A stretch of 64,000 bases of DNA from Candidatus Eiseniibacteriota bacterium (GCA_044223005.1 JBGAML010000003.1:32001-96000); one strand, 5' to 3'. Counted from the first letter of the stretch, positions 23,137 to 32,279 are shown. The notes: generated by a model not told the origin, from the sequence alone. Translations and numbers: made by a program.

Positions 23137-24353
23137 GTTGTGCTCGGAAGATTGCGGGTGATCGGGGCTCGCACCCTTCTGGTGCGGGCCCCGGAGCGTT
23201 CCCGGGCCCGCCGCTACATCGCGAACTTCCGGAACACGCGGTCCCCGTTCGGGATCGCGCGCGTCTCGATCTCCCTCCGGTAGTACTTCGCCCAGCGCTC
23301 CGGCACGCGCAGCCGCGTCGCGAACAGCCGCCCGTGCAGGATCTCGCGCACCGTCCGCGGCCGATCCATCAGCCCCAGCCGCATCGCCGGCGTCTCGGTG
23401 CGGGCTCGCTCGCTGAAGTACTTGCCGTAGTTCCGCCACACCTGGAACCACCCCAGCCGCTCCGCGGCCGCCTGGCGCCGCTTCGAGAACGCGATCGTCT
23501 CCCTCCGGTGGTTCGCCCCGCAGTGCCGGATCAGCAGGTCCAGCAGGTTCACCTCGAAGAGCGGGTTGCGCGGCGTCCGCGCCGCCCGGGAGCTGATCGT
23601 GTGGTGCGTGATCTGGTGCTGCTCCAGGTGCCGGATCGCGCGCGGGTAGTCGGTGTGCTCGTCCGTGTACAGCTCGAGCGCCTGCGGCCGGGGCGCGGCG
23701 ATCGTGAGCAACTCCGCCACCTCCTTCTCGATGCTGCGCGGGTCGGGCCGGCCGAGCTTCGCCTCCAGCTCCGCCCGGCGTCGCTTCTGGCGCTTCGTCA
23801 TCCGCCCGCTGCGCCGCCGCTCGGAGTCGGTGAAGGTGTAGAAGAAGTGGCTCTCCCGGCCCGCGAGCAGGTGGAAGAGCGTCGGGTGGTACTGGCTGTA
23901 CTCGAAGCTCTGGAACGAATCGAGCGCCAGCGGCTCGTGGATAGGGCCCTTCGGCCCATGGGCGAGGTGGTAGAGCAGGGCATGGCGCCCCAGGCGCACG
24001 GCGAGGTTCTGGATCGACTGGGGCGAAGCGTGAAACTCGCGCGCGATCTGGCGCAGGGCCGAGCCGCCGAGGAGCCGGTGGGCGACCGGGTGGAGGCGTT
24101 TGGGGAAGCGGAGCCAGTAGGTGGTGGAGAAGGTCTGGGTGGAGAAGTTGCGTCCGCAGTGGTCACAGCGGAAACGGGCGATACGGTGCGGGCGGGCCTG
24201 GCGGGTGTAGTAGCCGGCGTGGGACCAGCGCCACAAGGCACGTTCGCCGTTGTGGTAGCGGCAGCGCGGGTTGGGGCAGAAGGGCGGCACGAACGTCGTC
24301 ATGCCGGAGGGTCACTGCACCTCCCGGGCCACCTGCATTCTTCCGCGCACAAC
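23137..24353 (-). mobile_element. IS1-like insertion sequence (~1217 bp) with 24-bp terminal inverted repeats
   Basis: 23137-23160 GTTGTGCTCGGAAGATTGCGGGTG versus rc of 24330-24353 GTTGTGCGCGGAAGAATGCAGGTG (21/24); encloses a single transposase ORF; no target duplication visible. Confidence 0.85.
23214..24302 (-). CDS. IS1-like single-ORF transposase
   Basis: Zn ribbon CPNPRC...CDHC, HTH LRQIAREFHAS, acidic motifs LALD and LYTDE, IS1-like RRETIAFSK, TPAMRLGL. Confidence 0.85.
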   Translation of the reverse strand: MTTFVPPFCPNPRCRYHNGERALWRWSHAGYYTRQARPHRIARFRCDHCGRNFSTQTFSTTYWLRFPKRLHPVAHRLLGGSALRQIAREFHASPQSIQNLAVRLGRHALLYHLAHGPKGPIHEPLALDSFQSFEYSQYHPTLFHLLAGRESHFFYTFTDSERRRSGRMTKRQKRRRAELEAKLGRPDPRSIEKEVAELLTIAAPRPQALELYTDEHTDYPRAIRHLEQHQITHHTISSRAARTPRNPLFEVNLLDLLIRHCGANHRRETIAFSKRRQAAAERLGWFQVWRNYGKYFSERARTETPAMRLGLMDRPRTVREILHGRLFATRLRVPERWAKYYRREIETRAIPNGDRVFRKFAM

Positions 24354-24533
24354 TCAGGCGTCGCCTAGATCTTCGGCCTTCACGAAGTCCCGGTGCTTGC
24401 CTCGGCCGCGACGTTCGAAGCGGGGGACGAGCTTCACGGCGACGTCGATGCCGAGCACCTGCCGCACCTCGCCGCGCAGCTTCTCGTGCCACTCGTCGCG
24501 CCACGCGGGGCCCGCGACGATGCGGAGTTCGAC
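24354..24533 (-). repeat. Second copy of the 3' 180 bp of the PaaK/CapK-like gene (pairs with 26634-26813)
   Basis: Ungapped direct repeat at 2280-bp offset, about 15 mismatches in 180 nt; encodes ...VELRIVAGPAWRDEWHEKLRGEV...VKAEDLGDA*. Confidence 0.95.
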
Positions 24534-25094
24534 AGCGATGCGCTGGCCGACGGCCGCAAGCTACGGGTGCTCACGGTGCTCGACACGTTCACGCGCGAGT
24601 GCGTGGCGCTCGAGGTCGGCGGCAGCTTCGGCGGCGCCGAGGTCGCTCGCGTGCTGACGCGAGCCGGTGTGCACCGCGGGCTGCCGGAGACGATCCACGT
24701 GGACAACGGGACGGAGTTCACCTCGAAGGTGTTTGACCAGTGGGCTTACGCGAACCGGGTGAAGCTCGACTACAGCCGGCCCGGCAAGCCGACCGACAAC
24801 GCGTTCATCGAGAGCTTCAACGCCCAGGTTCGGCGTGAGTGCCTCTCGCAGCACTACTTTTCGAGTATCATTGATGCGCGCGTGGAGCTCGACGCGTGGC
24901 GGGACGAGTACAACAACCGCAGGCCCCACGGCAGCTTGGGGCAGCGCACTCCGGCCCAGTTCCGGGCCGAGGTCGACGAGGCGGAGGCGCCCGAAAAGCT
25001 CGCTTTGAGCGTGCCCGAGCGCTCCAGCGTCGGGTAGCGGATCAACTCGCAGAGGCTGGCATCATGAACTGCGTCAGAGTTGGGGAGCAGGTCA
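24534..25094 (+). pseudogene. 5'-truncated IS3-family (IS407-like) transposase with right end
   Basis: SDALADGRKLRVLTVLDTFTREC, VDNGTEF, PGKPTDNAFIESFN, YNNRRPHGSLG; truncated at the first catalytic Asp; IRR-like ...GGGGAGCAGGTCA ending at 25094. Confidence 0.9.
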
Positions 25095-25194
25095 ATCAGC
25101 ACCAGACGCACATCGGGACGTAAGGGGCAGAGCGCCGTTTCCCAGACACGTGGATTGAATACCCCACAATTCCTGCCAAGCCACAGGTATCACG

Positions 25195-25476
25195 ATGAAA
25201 GACGAAGAGCGAGAAGCGCTTCTTGCAGCCGCGGAGCAGCTAGCACGGTTCGCGACCCTTCTGCGAGCTCAACACCTGACGGTCGCCAATCCTGAAATCG
25301 ACGTTTGGGAGCACTCCCATGAGGCGTATACGTCTGAGATTCGGGTGAAGATCTATCGCAATGGAATTCTGGATGATGCGCTCGAATTCCACGTCTTCAG
25401 AGACGGCCGGCTACTCGTGTCGAGAGAAGATGTGGCGCGATGGTTTGAGCAACAGCTGCGGGCTTTGGTTGCATGA
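25195..25476 (+). CDS. Small lower-GC hypothetical protein, immunity-protein-like
   Basis: 93 aa, atypical codon usage; ATG overlaps (ATGA) the stop of an upstream gene remnant ending ...RRFPDTWIEYPTIPAKPQVSR*. Confidence 0.6.
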   Translation: MKDEEREALLAAAEQLARFATLLRAQHLTVANPEIDVWEHSHEAYTSEIRVKIYRNGILDDALEFHVFRDGRLLVSREDVARWFEQQLRALVA

Positions 25477-25488
25477 ACTCAGGAGCAG

Positions 25489-25640
25489 TGGGCTTGGCCC
25501 GATCCCGTAGACGGTTAGCTTGCGCTGCCTGAGGCCAGTCACGCCTTCTCGAAATTGGCCGGGTTGACCTGGCTGATCGTCGAGTGCCGACGACGCTGGT
25601 TGTTGAACAACTCGAGATAGCGGAACGCCACGTTCTGCCA
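25489..25640 (-). pseudogene. IS3-family transposase C-terminal remnant with right end
   Basis: FRYLELFNNQRRRHSTISQVNPANFE matches the IS3 tail pattern FxYIExFYNxxRxHSxLGxxSPxxFE; IRR-like end ...GGGCCAAGCCCA at 25489. Confidence 0.75.
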
Positions 25641-25868
25641 AGCACAGCTGGATCCAAATCGCGAAACGCTCGTCTCTTTGAGAGAGTCGCTTCGGATCCC
25701 GCGAACTTGCGTCCTGATGCGGTCGAAGCTGGGATCATTGAGCAGAAGGCGGCTGACCAAGGGGTTCAGGCTTATACATGGGCCGGACGGAGAGGGCAGG
25801 TGTGGGTAACGGTGCGCGATAGGCTTATTCAGAACGCCGGAATCAATCGGCCCGGAGGGTACCGATGA
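25641..25868 (+). pseudogene. Probable orphan polymorphic-toxin C-terminal tip fragment
   Basis: LFERVASDPANLR...GQVWVTVRDRLIQNAGIN resembles the QVWVxVRxGxIQNxGxN ends of Rhs/CDI-type toxin tips (recalled, not searched); no own start; stop overlaps the next ATG. Confidence 0.5.
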
Positions 25869-26389
25869 GCTTCTCGGACGCGCACGCGGCGGATCGCACG
25901 GGTGAGATTGAGCGAGCTGCCGTACTGTATGAGGAGGCCATTTCAGCTGGCAGCCCGTCGCTCCAGCTCCTGCTGGATCTCGCGCTGCTATATTGGCAGG
26001 CGACGGACCCAGGAGTAGCGGCCGCTAAGCACCTTGACGCAAAGTTCCTCCGTCATGCCGGGCTTCGAACTCAAGAGTTGTTAATTCAGGCCGCCCGAGC
26101 ATTTCCAGAGAGCACGGCAGTAAGATTCTGGATGAGGTACATCGCATGGGCGGATCTATGCGAGCCGTTCGATGCCCACGACTGCAGGCAACTTCTGCGA
26201 GAGGACCCCTCCGTGCGCCTTCCGGCGATGCACGTGTTTGCGTTGAGCGGAGGGACGGACATGCGCGACGAAGCACGCGAGTTGCTGGCAAATAGCAGAG
26301 ACGAAGGAACTGCAGGAGCCCGCTATGTGGTGTCTGTCATCGAAGGTGTAATGAAGCGAATCGAGAGCCGCAAGCCTCACGTGGAGTAG
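25865..26389 (+). CDS. Lower-GC helical hypothetical protein, probable cognate immunity protein
   Basis: 174 aa, ATGA-coupled to the toxin-tip fragment, atypical codon usage. Confidence 0.65.
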   Translation: MSFSDAHAADRTGEIERAAVLYEEAISAGSPSLQLLLDLALLYWQATDPGVAAAKHLDAKFLRHAGLRTQELLIQAARAFPESTAVRFWMRYIAWADLCEPFDAHDCRQLLREDPSVRLPAMHVFALSGGTDMRDEARELLANSRDEGTAGARYVVSVIEGVMKRIESRKPHVE

Positions 26390-26416
26390 TTTCCAAGGCC
26401 ACACAAAGTGTGGCGT

Positions 26417-26633
26417 TGGAGTGTCCCCAATCCTCGGACCACCGGCATATGACAGGGGCTACGGCGTGACCGGCTGAAGTTCGGGCTGCCTCGTGGCGGT
26501 GCGGACCTTGGCGCCGAACTCCGCCGGCGTCTGGTAGGCCCAGGCTCCCGTGCGGCCGCCAACAATTGTATTCCCACCGGCACCGCTCTATCAGGCTCTG
26601 TGCTTCGGGCAAGAGTGCGAGCTCCGTGAAAGC
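26417..26633 (-). pseudogene. IS3-family transposase C-terminal remnant (frameshifted) with right end
   Basis: EAQSLIERCRWEYNCWRPHGSLG then, after a frameshift, YQTPAEF; IRR-like ...GGTGGTCCGAGGATTGGGGACACTCCA ending at 26417. Confidence 0.8.
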
Positions 26634-27986
26634 TCAGGCTTCGCCCAGATCCTCGGCTTTCACGAAGTCGCGGTGCTTGCCGCGGCCGCGGCGTTCGAAG
26701 CGGGGGACGAGCTTCACGGCGACGTCGATGCCGAGCACCTGCCGCACTTCGCCGCGCAGCTTCTCGAGCCATTCGCCGCTCCAGGCGGGGCCCGCGACGA
26801 TGCGCAGCTCGACGCGATCGAGGTACTGCACGAACTGGTACTCGCGCACTCGGCCCTCGCGGCCGTGGCTCTTGAAGATGTAGCTCGGCTGGTTCGCGTT
26901 GAGCCGGCGGCCGTCGGGCAGTACCAGCGTGTCGCCGGCGCGACCGGCGAGCCGGCCCAGCAGGGGCAGCGCGCAGTTCGCGTTCGCGGGCAGCGGCCAG
27001 TCGGTGGCGAGCGGATCACCCGCGGGCTCGACCAGGTCGCCGACGCGGTAGCGCAGCATGGGCATCCGGTGGTTGAAGAGGTCCGTGAGCAGCAGCCCCC
27101 AGTCGCCGTCGTCCGTGCGCTCGTAGTCCACGACCACGGACTCGACCGGGATTCGCATGCCGCCCTCGGGGTGCTCGAAGCCGGCGACGCCGATCTCGGC
27201 GCAGCCGTAGCTGTCCACCACCGGGCAGCCGAATGCGGCGGCGATGCGCTCGCGCTGCGTGTCGCGCAGCATCTCGGCCGACGTGATCACGCACTTCCAG
27301 CCGAGCGCACGGCCGTCGAGCTTCTGCGTGGTGACCTCGTCGGCGAACTGCGTGAGCGCGGACGCGTAGCCGAACGCGAACCGCGTGCGGTCCTTCAGCA
27401 GGTGCGCGTGAAAGTCGCGGGCGCGCGCGGCGTCGAGCGTGAACGCGCTGCAGCGGATGCGGTTGAAGAAGCGGTCCTTCCGCGACGCGATCGAGCGGCC
27501 TTCGTCGTCGAGCGGTACGCCCCAGAAGTAGGCGTAGCGATCGCCGCAGTCCACGCCCCACCAGCGCCACGCGCGGAACACGTTCGCGTGCGCGTGCGCC
27601 CACGACAGGTGCCCGCGCTCCACGGCGACCGGCGTGCCCGAGGAGCCCGAAGTGGCGGCCTTCAGTCCCTTGGGCGCCTGCGTGGACATCATGGAATTCG
27701 CGTGTTCCTGCACGTCGGGCTTGCCCACGGCGGGCAGCCGGCGCCACTCGGCCCAGTCCTTGAGATCGCCGGGCTGGAATCCCGCGCGGCCCCAGTGCTC
27801 GCGATAGAACGGCACCGTGTCCCATGCGTGCCGCACGATCGCCTGCAGCCGCTGCCACTGCTGCTCGCGCAGGCGCTCGCGCGACCAGCGCGCGGACGAC
27901 TCGAGTTCGCGCAGGACGCGCGCGACGGGTTCGCCGCGGTACTCCTGCGCCAGGTAGTAGGCCGTTCTGGAAAGAAAGGAGTTCAC
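26634..27986 (-). CDS. Phenylacetate-CoA ligase/CapK-like adenylate-forming protein
   Basis: VPFYR, TSGSSGTP P-loop, DSYGCAEIG, TDLFN..MPMLRYRVGD, GRAGD; GTG start chosen at VNSFLSRT. Confidence 0.88.
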   Translation of the reverse strand: MNSFLSRTAYYLAQEYRGEPVARVLRELESSARWSRERLREQQWQRLQAIVRHAWDTVPFYREHWGRAGFQPGDLKDWAEWRRLPAVGKPDVQEHANSMMSTQAPKGLKAATSGSSGTPVAVERGHLSWAHAHANVFRAWRWWGVDCGDRYAYFWGVPLDDEGRSIASRKDRFFNRIRCSAFTLDAARARDFHAHLLKDRTRFAFGYASALTQFADEVTTQKLDGRALGWKCVITSAEMLRDTQRERIAAAFGCPVVDSYGCAEIGVAGFEHPEGGMRIPVESVVVDYERTDDGDWGLLLTDLFNHRMPMLRYRVGDLVEPAGDPLATDWPLPANANCALPLLGRLAGRAGDTLVLPDGRRLNANQPSYIFKSHGREGRVREYQFVQYLDRVELRIVAGPAWSGEWLEKLRGEVRQVLGIDVAVKLVPRFERRGRGKHRDFVKAEDLGEA

Positions 27987-28184
27987 GCGTGGTTTCCGGG
28001 TCGGTCGACCAAGGGGATCTCTGCGCTCGCGGAGGCAGCCTACACGAACTCGGGGCGCGCGCTCCCGCTGTTGTCGGCACGCCGGGCCGCCGGCTTTGGC
28101 GGCCTCGCCCGCGCCGGGGCGTGCCGCCGCCCTCGTGGCCGACGCCGCTGGCGCCGCCGGCCGGCACTCGTGCAGACTGCCCGC

Positions 28185-30086
28185 ATGATTCCGTGCCCGA
28201 TCCGCTCTTCCCTGAGCCGCGCCCTCGCCCTCGCTGCCGCCCTCGCGATCTCCGTCACCGCGGCGCCCGCCGCCGTGCGCTACGTCTCGCCCGCGGGTAA
28301 CGACGCCAACAGCGGCGCGTCGCCCGCGAGCCCGTGGACGCTCGCGCGCGCCAACCGCGAGCTCGAGGCGGGGGACCTTTGCGTGCTGCTGCCCGGCGGC
28401 TACGAGACGTCCATCGATCCGCAGCACTCGGGCACCTCGATGACGCGCCGCATCACGTATCTCGGGAGCATCGCCAATCCGGGCAGCATCGTCGTGCCCT
28501 CGATCCAGCCCAACCAGGCGTTCGTGACGGTGAAGGGCGTCGCGTGCACCGACGCGATCACGCTGCGCTGGCCCGCGCGCTGGGATTCGATCGCCGACTG
28601 CCGCTCCGGCGGGCTGCAGTTCTGGGGCGCCAAGCACTGCGTCGTCGCGCGCAACACGATTCGCGGCCGCGTGGCGTTCCTCGCCAACGAAGGGCTGCCC
28701 TGCTACAGCAGCCAGAAGCTCGATCGCCGCTGCGTCGCCAACAGCGAGTACGACACGCTGCGCGGCAACCGGATCGAGCTCGGCACGATCTGGCCGGGCG
28801 ACCGGAGCTTCGAGTTCAAGGCGTGGACGCAGCGCTGCCGGATCGACTCCAACCGCGTGAGCGGCACGTTCGACGACAAGCCCGGCACGCCGGCCGACGG
28901 CGGCATCGCGGTGGTCACGTACAACTCGTACCGGCTCGCGTTCCAGGACAACCACTGGGAGTTCGAGGCGGCGCGCAACCACCACAACTGGCCCAACACC
29001 ACGTGGGACGCCTTCTACCTGCGCGATTCGCTGCACTCGACCACGTTCGTGCGCGACACGATCCTCGCCGGCGTGCACTCGGCGGAGCCGCGGGAGATCC
29101 GGCTGACGCTGTCGGCAAGCGGCAGCTTCCCGGGCGCGATCCACGACGTCACGATGGACCGCTGCATCCTGCGCGCGAGCGGCGACTTCCTCTGGCAGGG
29201 CGGGTTCGACCACTGGACGCTCGATCGCTGCGTGTTCCAGAGCCGCTCGGGCCTCGCCTACGTGCTGAGCGACTGGGTGGGCAGCCGGATCCGGCACTGC
29301 ACGTTCTGGGCAAGCACCGAGGTGCTGCGCGTCGAGGGCCCCTCGCAGGGCCAGCACGTGCTCGGTACGGGCAACGAGCTGACCTCGAACATCTTCTACT
29401 CGCTGCGCGCGAAGCCCGCGGGTGGCGACGGCGGCGTCGTGATGTGGAAGGACAACACACGCAATTTCACGAGCGACGGCAATCTCTACTTCACGCCCGC
29501 CTTCGACCGCTCGCCTGGGGACCGCTCGATCGTGTGGAGCGGCTACTTCGCCAGCCCGCCCGGGCGATCGTCGCGCTGGTTCGGGGAGACGCGGCAGGAT
29601 GGCGCGTCCCGTCACGGCTCGCCCGCGTTCTTCGATTCGAGCTGGGCCGGCTTCGACGCGAGGATTCGCGCCAACTCCTGCGCCCGGGGCGCGGGCCTGT
29701 CCCGGACCGACGCCGGTGCGCTCGCGTTCGGCGCCTCCATCGGTGACGTGACGCCGCCCGCGCCGGTCACCGACCTCGCGGCGAGCCACGTGGAGGCGCG
29801 CTCGCTGCTGCTCACGTGGACCGCGAGCGGCGACGACGGCCGCACCGGCCGCGCCGCGCTGGTGGACGTGCGCTACGCGCGCGCGCCCGTGACGGCGGCG
29901 AACTTCACCGGCGGCATCGCGCTCGTGCCCGCGCCGGTGCCGCAGCCCGGTGGCTCGCCGCAGAGCTACGTCATCACGCAACTGCAGCCGGGGACGCGCT
30001 ACTGGTTCGCGTTGCGATCGTGCGACGAGAAGGGCAACTGGAGCCGGCTCTCCAACGTGGTCATGGTGCAGACGCCGCCGGAGTAG
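28185..30086 (+). CDS. Secreted right-handed beta-helix protein with C-terminal fibronectin type III domain
   Basis: Signal peptide, YVSPAGNDANSG.SPASPWTL..A, parallel beta-helix-like body, DVTPPAPVTDL...LTWTASGDDG...LQPGTRYWFALR. Confidence 0.82.
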   Translation: MIPCPIRSSLSRALALAAALAISVTAAPAAVRYVSPAGNDANSGASPASPWTLARANRELEAGDLCVLLPGGYETSIDPQHSGTSMTRRITYLGSIANPGSIVVPSIQPNQAFVTVKGVACTDAITLRWPARWDSIADCRSGGLQFWGAKHCVVARNTIRGRVAFLANEGLPCYSSQKLDRRCVANSEYDTLRGNRIELGTIWPGDRSFEFKAWTQRCRIDSNRVSGTFDDKPGTPADGGIAVVTYNSYRLAFQDNHWEFEAARNHHNWPNTTWDAFYLRDSLHSTTFVRDTILAGVHSAEPREIRLTLSASGSFPGAIHDVTMDRCILRASGDFLWQGGFDHWTLDRCVFQSRSGLAYVLSDWVGSRIRHCTFWASTEVLRVEGPSQGQHVLGTGNELTSNIFYSLRAKPAGGDGGVVMWKDNTRNFTSDGNLYFTPAFDRSPGDRSIVWSGYFASPPGRSSRWFGETRQDGASRHGSPAFFDSSWAGFDARIRANSCARGAGLSRTDAGALAFGASIGDVTPPAPVTDLAASHVEARSLLLTWTASGDDGRTGRAALVDVRYARAPVTAANFTGGIALVPAPVPQPGGSPQSYVITQLQPGTRYWFALRSCDEKGNWSRLSNVVMVQTPPE

Positions 30087-30115
30087 GCCGAGGCCCGGCG
30101 CGCCGGGAAAAGGCT

Positions 30116-30149
30116 GCGGGCCCGGATCGCGACGGCGATCCGGGCCCGC
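30116..30149. terminator. Hairpin between convergent genes
   Basis: Perfect 15-bp stem GCGGGCCCGGATCGC-GACG-GCGATCCGGGCCCGC. Confidence 0.7.
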
Positions 30150-30166
30150 GCGCGTTTCGCGTGGCG

Positions 30167-31504
30167 CTACTGCGTGCCGAACCGCGGCTGGCCCTGCACC
30201 TGGTGGAAGACCACCTGGTTCTTGGGCGGACGCTTGGCCTTGAGCAGCGCCGTGTTCGCCGCGCGCCAGATCTCCTGCGGCGTGTCGGCGTGCTCGGGGA
30301 ACATCGCGACGCCGATGCTCACCGTGACATTGACGCGGTGCGCGCGGCCGTCGAGTCCCTCCAGCCGGATCGCGGTGCGCTCGATCGAGACGCGGAGACG
30401 CTCCGAGATCGCGAGCACGTCGTCGGCGACCACCGGCGGTGTCAGCAGGACGGCGAACTCCTCGCCGCCCCAGCGCGCCACGGTGTCGAACGGCCGCACG
30501 CCGGCGCGCAGCGTGTGCGCCACCTGCACGAGCACCTGGTTGCCGGCTTCGTAGCCGAAGCTGGTGTTGAACGACTTGAAGTCGTCGATGTCGCAGATCA
30601 GCAGCGCCAGCGAGCTCTGCTCGCGCTGGGCGCGGGCGATCTCGTTGCGGATCTGGAGGTCGTAGTACGAGCGGTTGTAGACCGTGGTGAGCGGGTCCAC
30701 GAACACGAGCTTCTCGAGCCGCTCGGCGCGCTCGATCACGCCGCCGCAGAAATCGGCGAGCAGCGCGATCATGGCCAGCTCCGCCGGCTGCCACGGATCG
30801 GGTTCGAGGCTGCGCACCTCGAGGTGCCCCAGCGCCTGGCCGTCGCTGCTGGTCACCGCGACGATCACGAACGAGCGCGCGGCGTGGGCGCGGCCCGCGG
30901 CGAGGAGCTGTCCAGCCCGTTCGGTGTCCGGGCAGTAGAACACCATCTCCTGGTGCTCCATCGCGTCCGAGGCCAGCGAGCGGTCGATGGGCGAGTCGCC
31001 GCCCGGTTCGAGCTCGTCGTCCTTGCCGAAGTAGCGCACGAGGGCCGAGTCGAGCAGTTCGCGCCCGGCCTGCTCGAGCTGCACGGCGAGGCCGGCGCGG
31101 GTCGTGCCCGTGCGCGGGTCGGTGAAGATGAGCGGATCGTCGAGCCGGATGAGCCGCCGCACCTGGTCGAGTCGCGCCGGCGCCTGCGTGGGCAGGCTGC
31201 TGCGCGACTGCATCCGGACGCCGTCGCGCATGCGCGGTCCCGGCAACTGGAGCGTGATGATGTCGTGGCGGCCGCGCGGCTGGTAACGCACGACAGGCTG
31301 CGCACCGGCGGGATCCTCGGGCAGGCGGCGGAGCGATCCCTGCTGCTCGAGTAGGTCGATCGCGTGCATCGCCGCGCGCTCGACCTCGACGGAGATCCCC
31401 GAGCGCAATGCCCGCTGCACGCGCATGCGGTCGAGGGGCGGAAGCTCGGCGACGGGCAGCAGCCGCTCGAGAAGGTCCCGGAAACCGATGTGCTTCTGCT
31501 TCAT
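30167..31504 (-). CDS. Diguanylate cyclase with GAF-like sensor domain
   Basis: DPLT.VYNR, DIDDFKSFN, RPFD I-site five residues before GGEEF, VTVSIGVA. Confidence 0.93.
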   Translation of the reverse strand: MKQKHIGFRDLLERLLPVAELPPLDRMRVQRALRSGISVEVERAAMHAIDLLEQQGSLRRLPEDPAGAQPVVRYQPRGRHDIITLQLPGPRMRDGVRMQSRSSLPTQAPARLDQVRRLIRLDDPLIFTDPRTGTTRAGLAVQLEQAGRELLDSALVRYFGKDDELEPGGDSPIDRSLASDAMEHQEMVFYCPDTERAGQLLAAGRAHAARSFVIVAVTSSDGQALGHLEVRSLEPDPWQPAELAMIALLADFCGGVIERAERLEKLVFVDPLTTVYNRSYYDLQIRNEIARAQREQSSLALLICDIDDFKSFNTSFGYEAGNQVLVQVAHTLRAGVRPFDTVARWGGEEFAVLLTPPVVADDVLAISERLRVSIERTAIRLEGLDGRAHRVNVTVSIGVAMFPEHADTPQEIWRAANTALLKAKRPPKNQVVFHQVQGQPRFGTQ

Positions 31505-31673
31505 GGGCCCACCCGCCTCCTTGCCGGTTGCCCTGGCATGGTTCCGAACGCCGAGGTTCATCGAAGATGTGGTCTCACGGATGCACGAGTCCCGACGGAA
31601 CCGATGTCACGTGTCGAAAACAAGTGTATCACAGGGCCGAACGCCGCCGGCCCTGCCGCGGGGGCATTCCGGC

Positions 31674-31702
31674 TTGACGCCCCCGCGCTTGCTCCGTAGG
31701 TT
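31674..31702 (+). promoter_or_regulatory. sigma70-type promoter of the EIIA/membrane-protein operon
   Basis: TTGACG-N17-TAGGTT. Confidence 0.6.
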
Positions 31703-31748
31703 GCAAGCGATTCCGGTCCCATCCCATCGAACCCAACAGCGTGGTCCC

Positions 31749-32219
31749 ATGCGCCTTTCCGAACTGCTGATTCCCCAGGCGATCACGACCCGGCTGCAGG
31801 CCCGCGGCAAGCGCGAGGCCATCGCCGAGCTCGTCCAATTGCTCGAAACGGCGCACGGCCTCCAGAGCCAGGGCGAGATCCTCGACCGCGTCCTGCGGCG
31901 CGAGGCGATGATGTCGACGGGGATCGGGAATGGGGTCGCCATCCCGCACGGCAAGGCGCGCCTCGTCGACCGGCTGGTCGCCGCATGCGGCGTGTCGCCG
32001 GAGGGCATCGACTTCGAGTCGGCCGACGGCGAGCCGGCGACGCTGTTCGTGCTGCTGGTCGCGCCCGAGAGCGGCGGCGCCCTGCACGTGAAGGTGCTCG
32101 CCAACATCTCGCGGCTCCTCAAGGAGGAGTCGGTGCGGCGCACGCTGCGCGAGTCCCCGAGCCCGGACGCGTTCTACGCCGCGCTCAAGGCCGCCGAGAG
32201 CACCCACATCCCGCAGTAG
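31749..32219 (+). CDS. PTS EIIA (fructose/mannitol/Ntr-type) protein
   Basis: RE..MSTGIGNGVAIPHG phospho-His motif, GIDFES.DG, H.KVLA.ISR. Confidence 0.93.
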   Translation: MRLSELLIPQAITTRLQARGKREAIAELVQLLETAHGLQSQGEILDRVLRREAMMSTGIGNGVAIPHGKARLVDRLVAACGVSPEGIDFESADGEPATLFVLLVAPESGGALHVKVLANISRLLKEESVRRTLRESPSPDAFYAALKAAESTHIPQ

Positions 32220-32279
32220 GCGCAGGTTTCGCGGCCCGCCGGCCCACTCGCGCGGGGCGCGGGTCACGGCGGAGGCCCC

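Noticed and set aside
24393..25037. 214-aa ORF as a complete transposase
   Set aside because: The N-terminal part is the antisense of the duplicated gene end; the IS3 part lacks OrfA, the HTH and the first catalytic Asp
24354..26813. 180-bp repeat pair as a diversity-generating retroelement TR/VR
   Set aside because: Mismatches are not adenine-specific on either strand, are mostly synonymous third positions, and no reverse transcriptase is in the window
26550..30794. 1178-aa and 1386-aa ORFs as giant fusion proteins
   Set aside because: Each is a real gene extended through the antisense frame of its divergent neighbour; true starts are near 28185 and 27986
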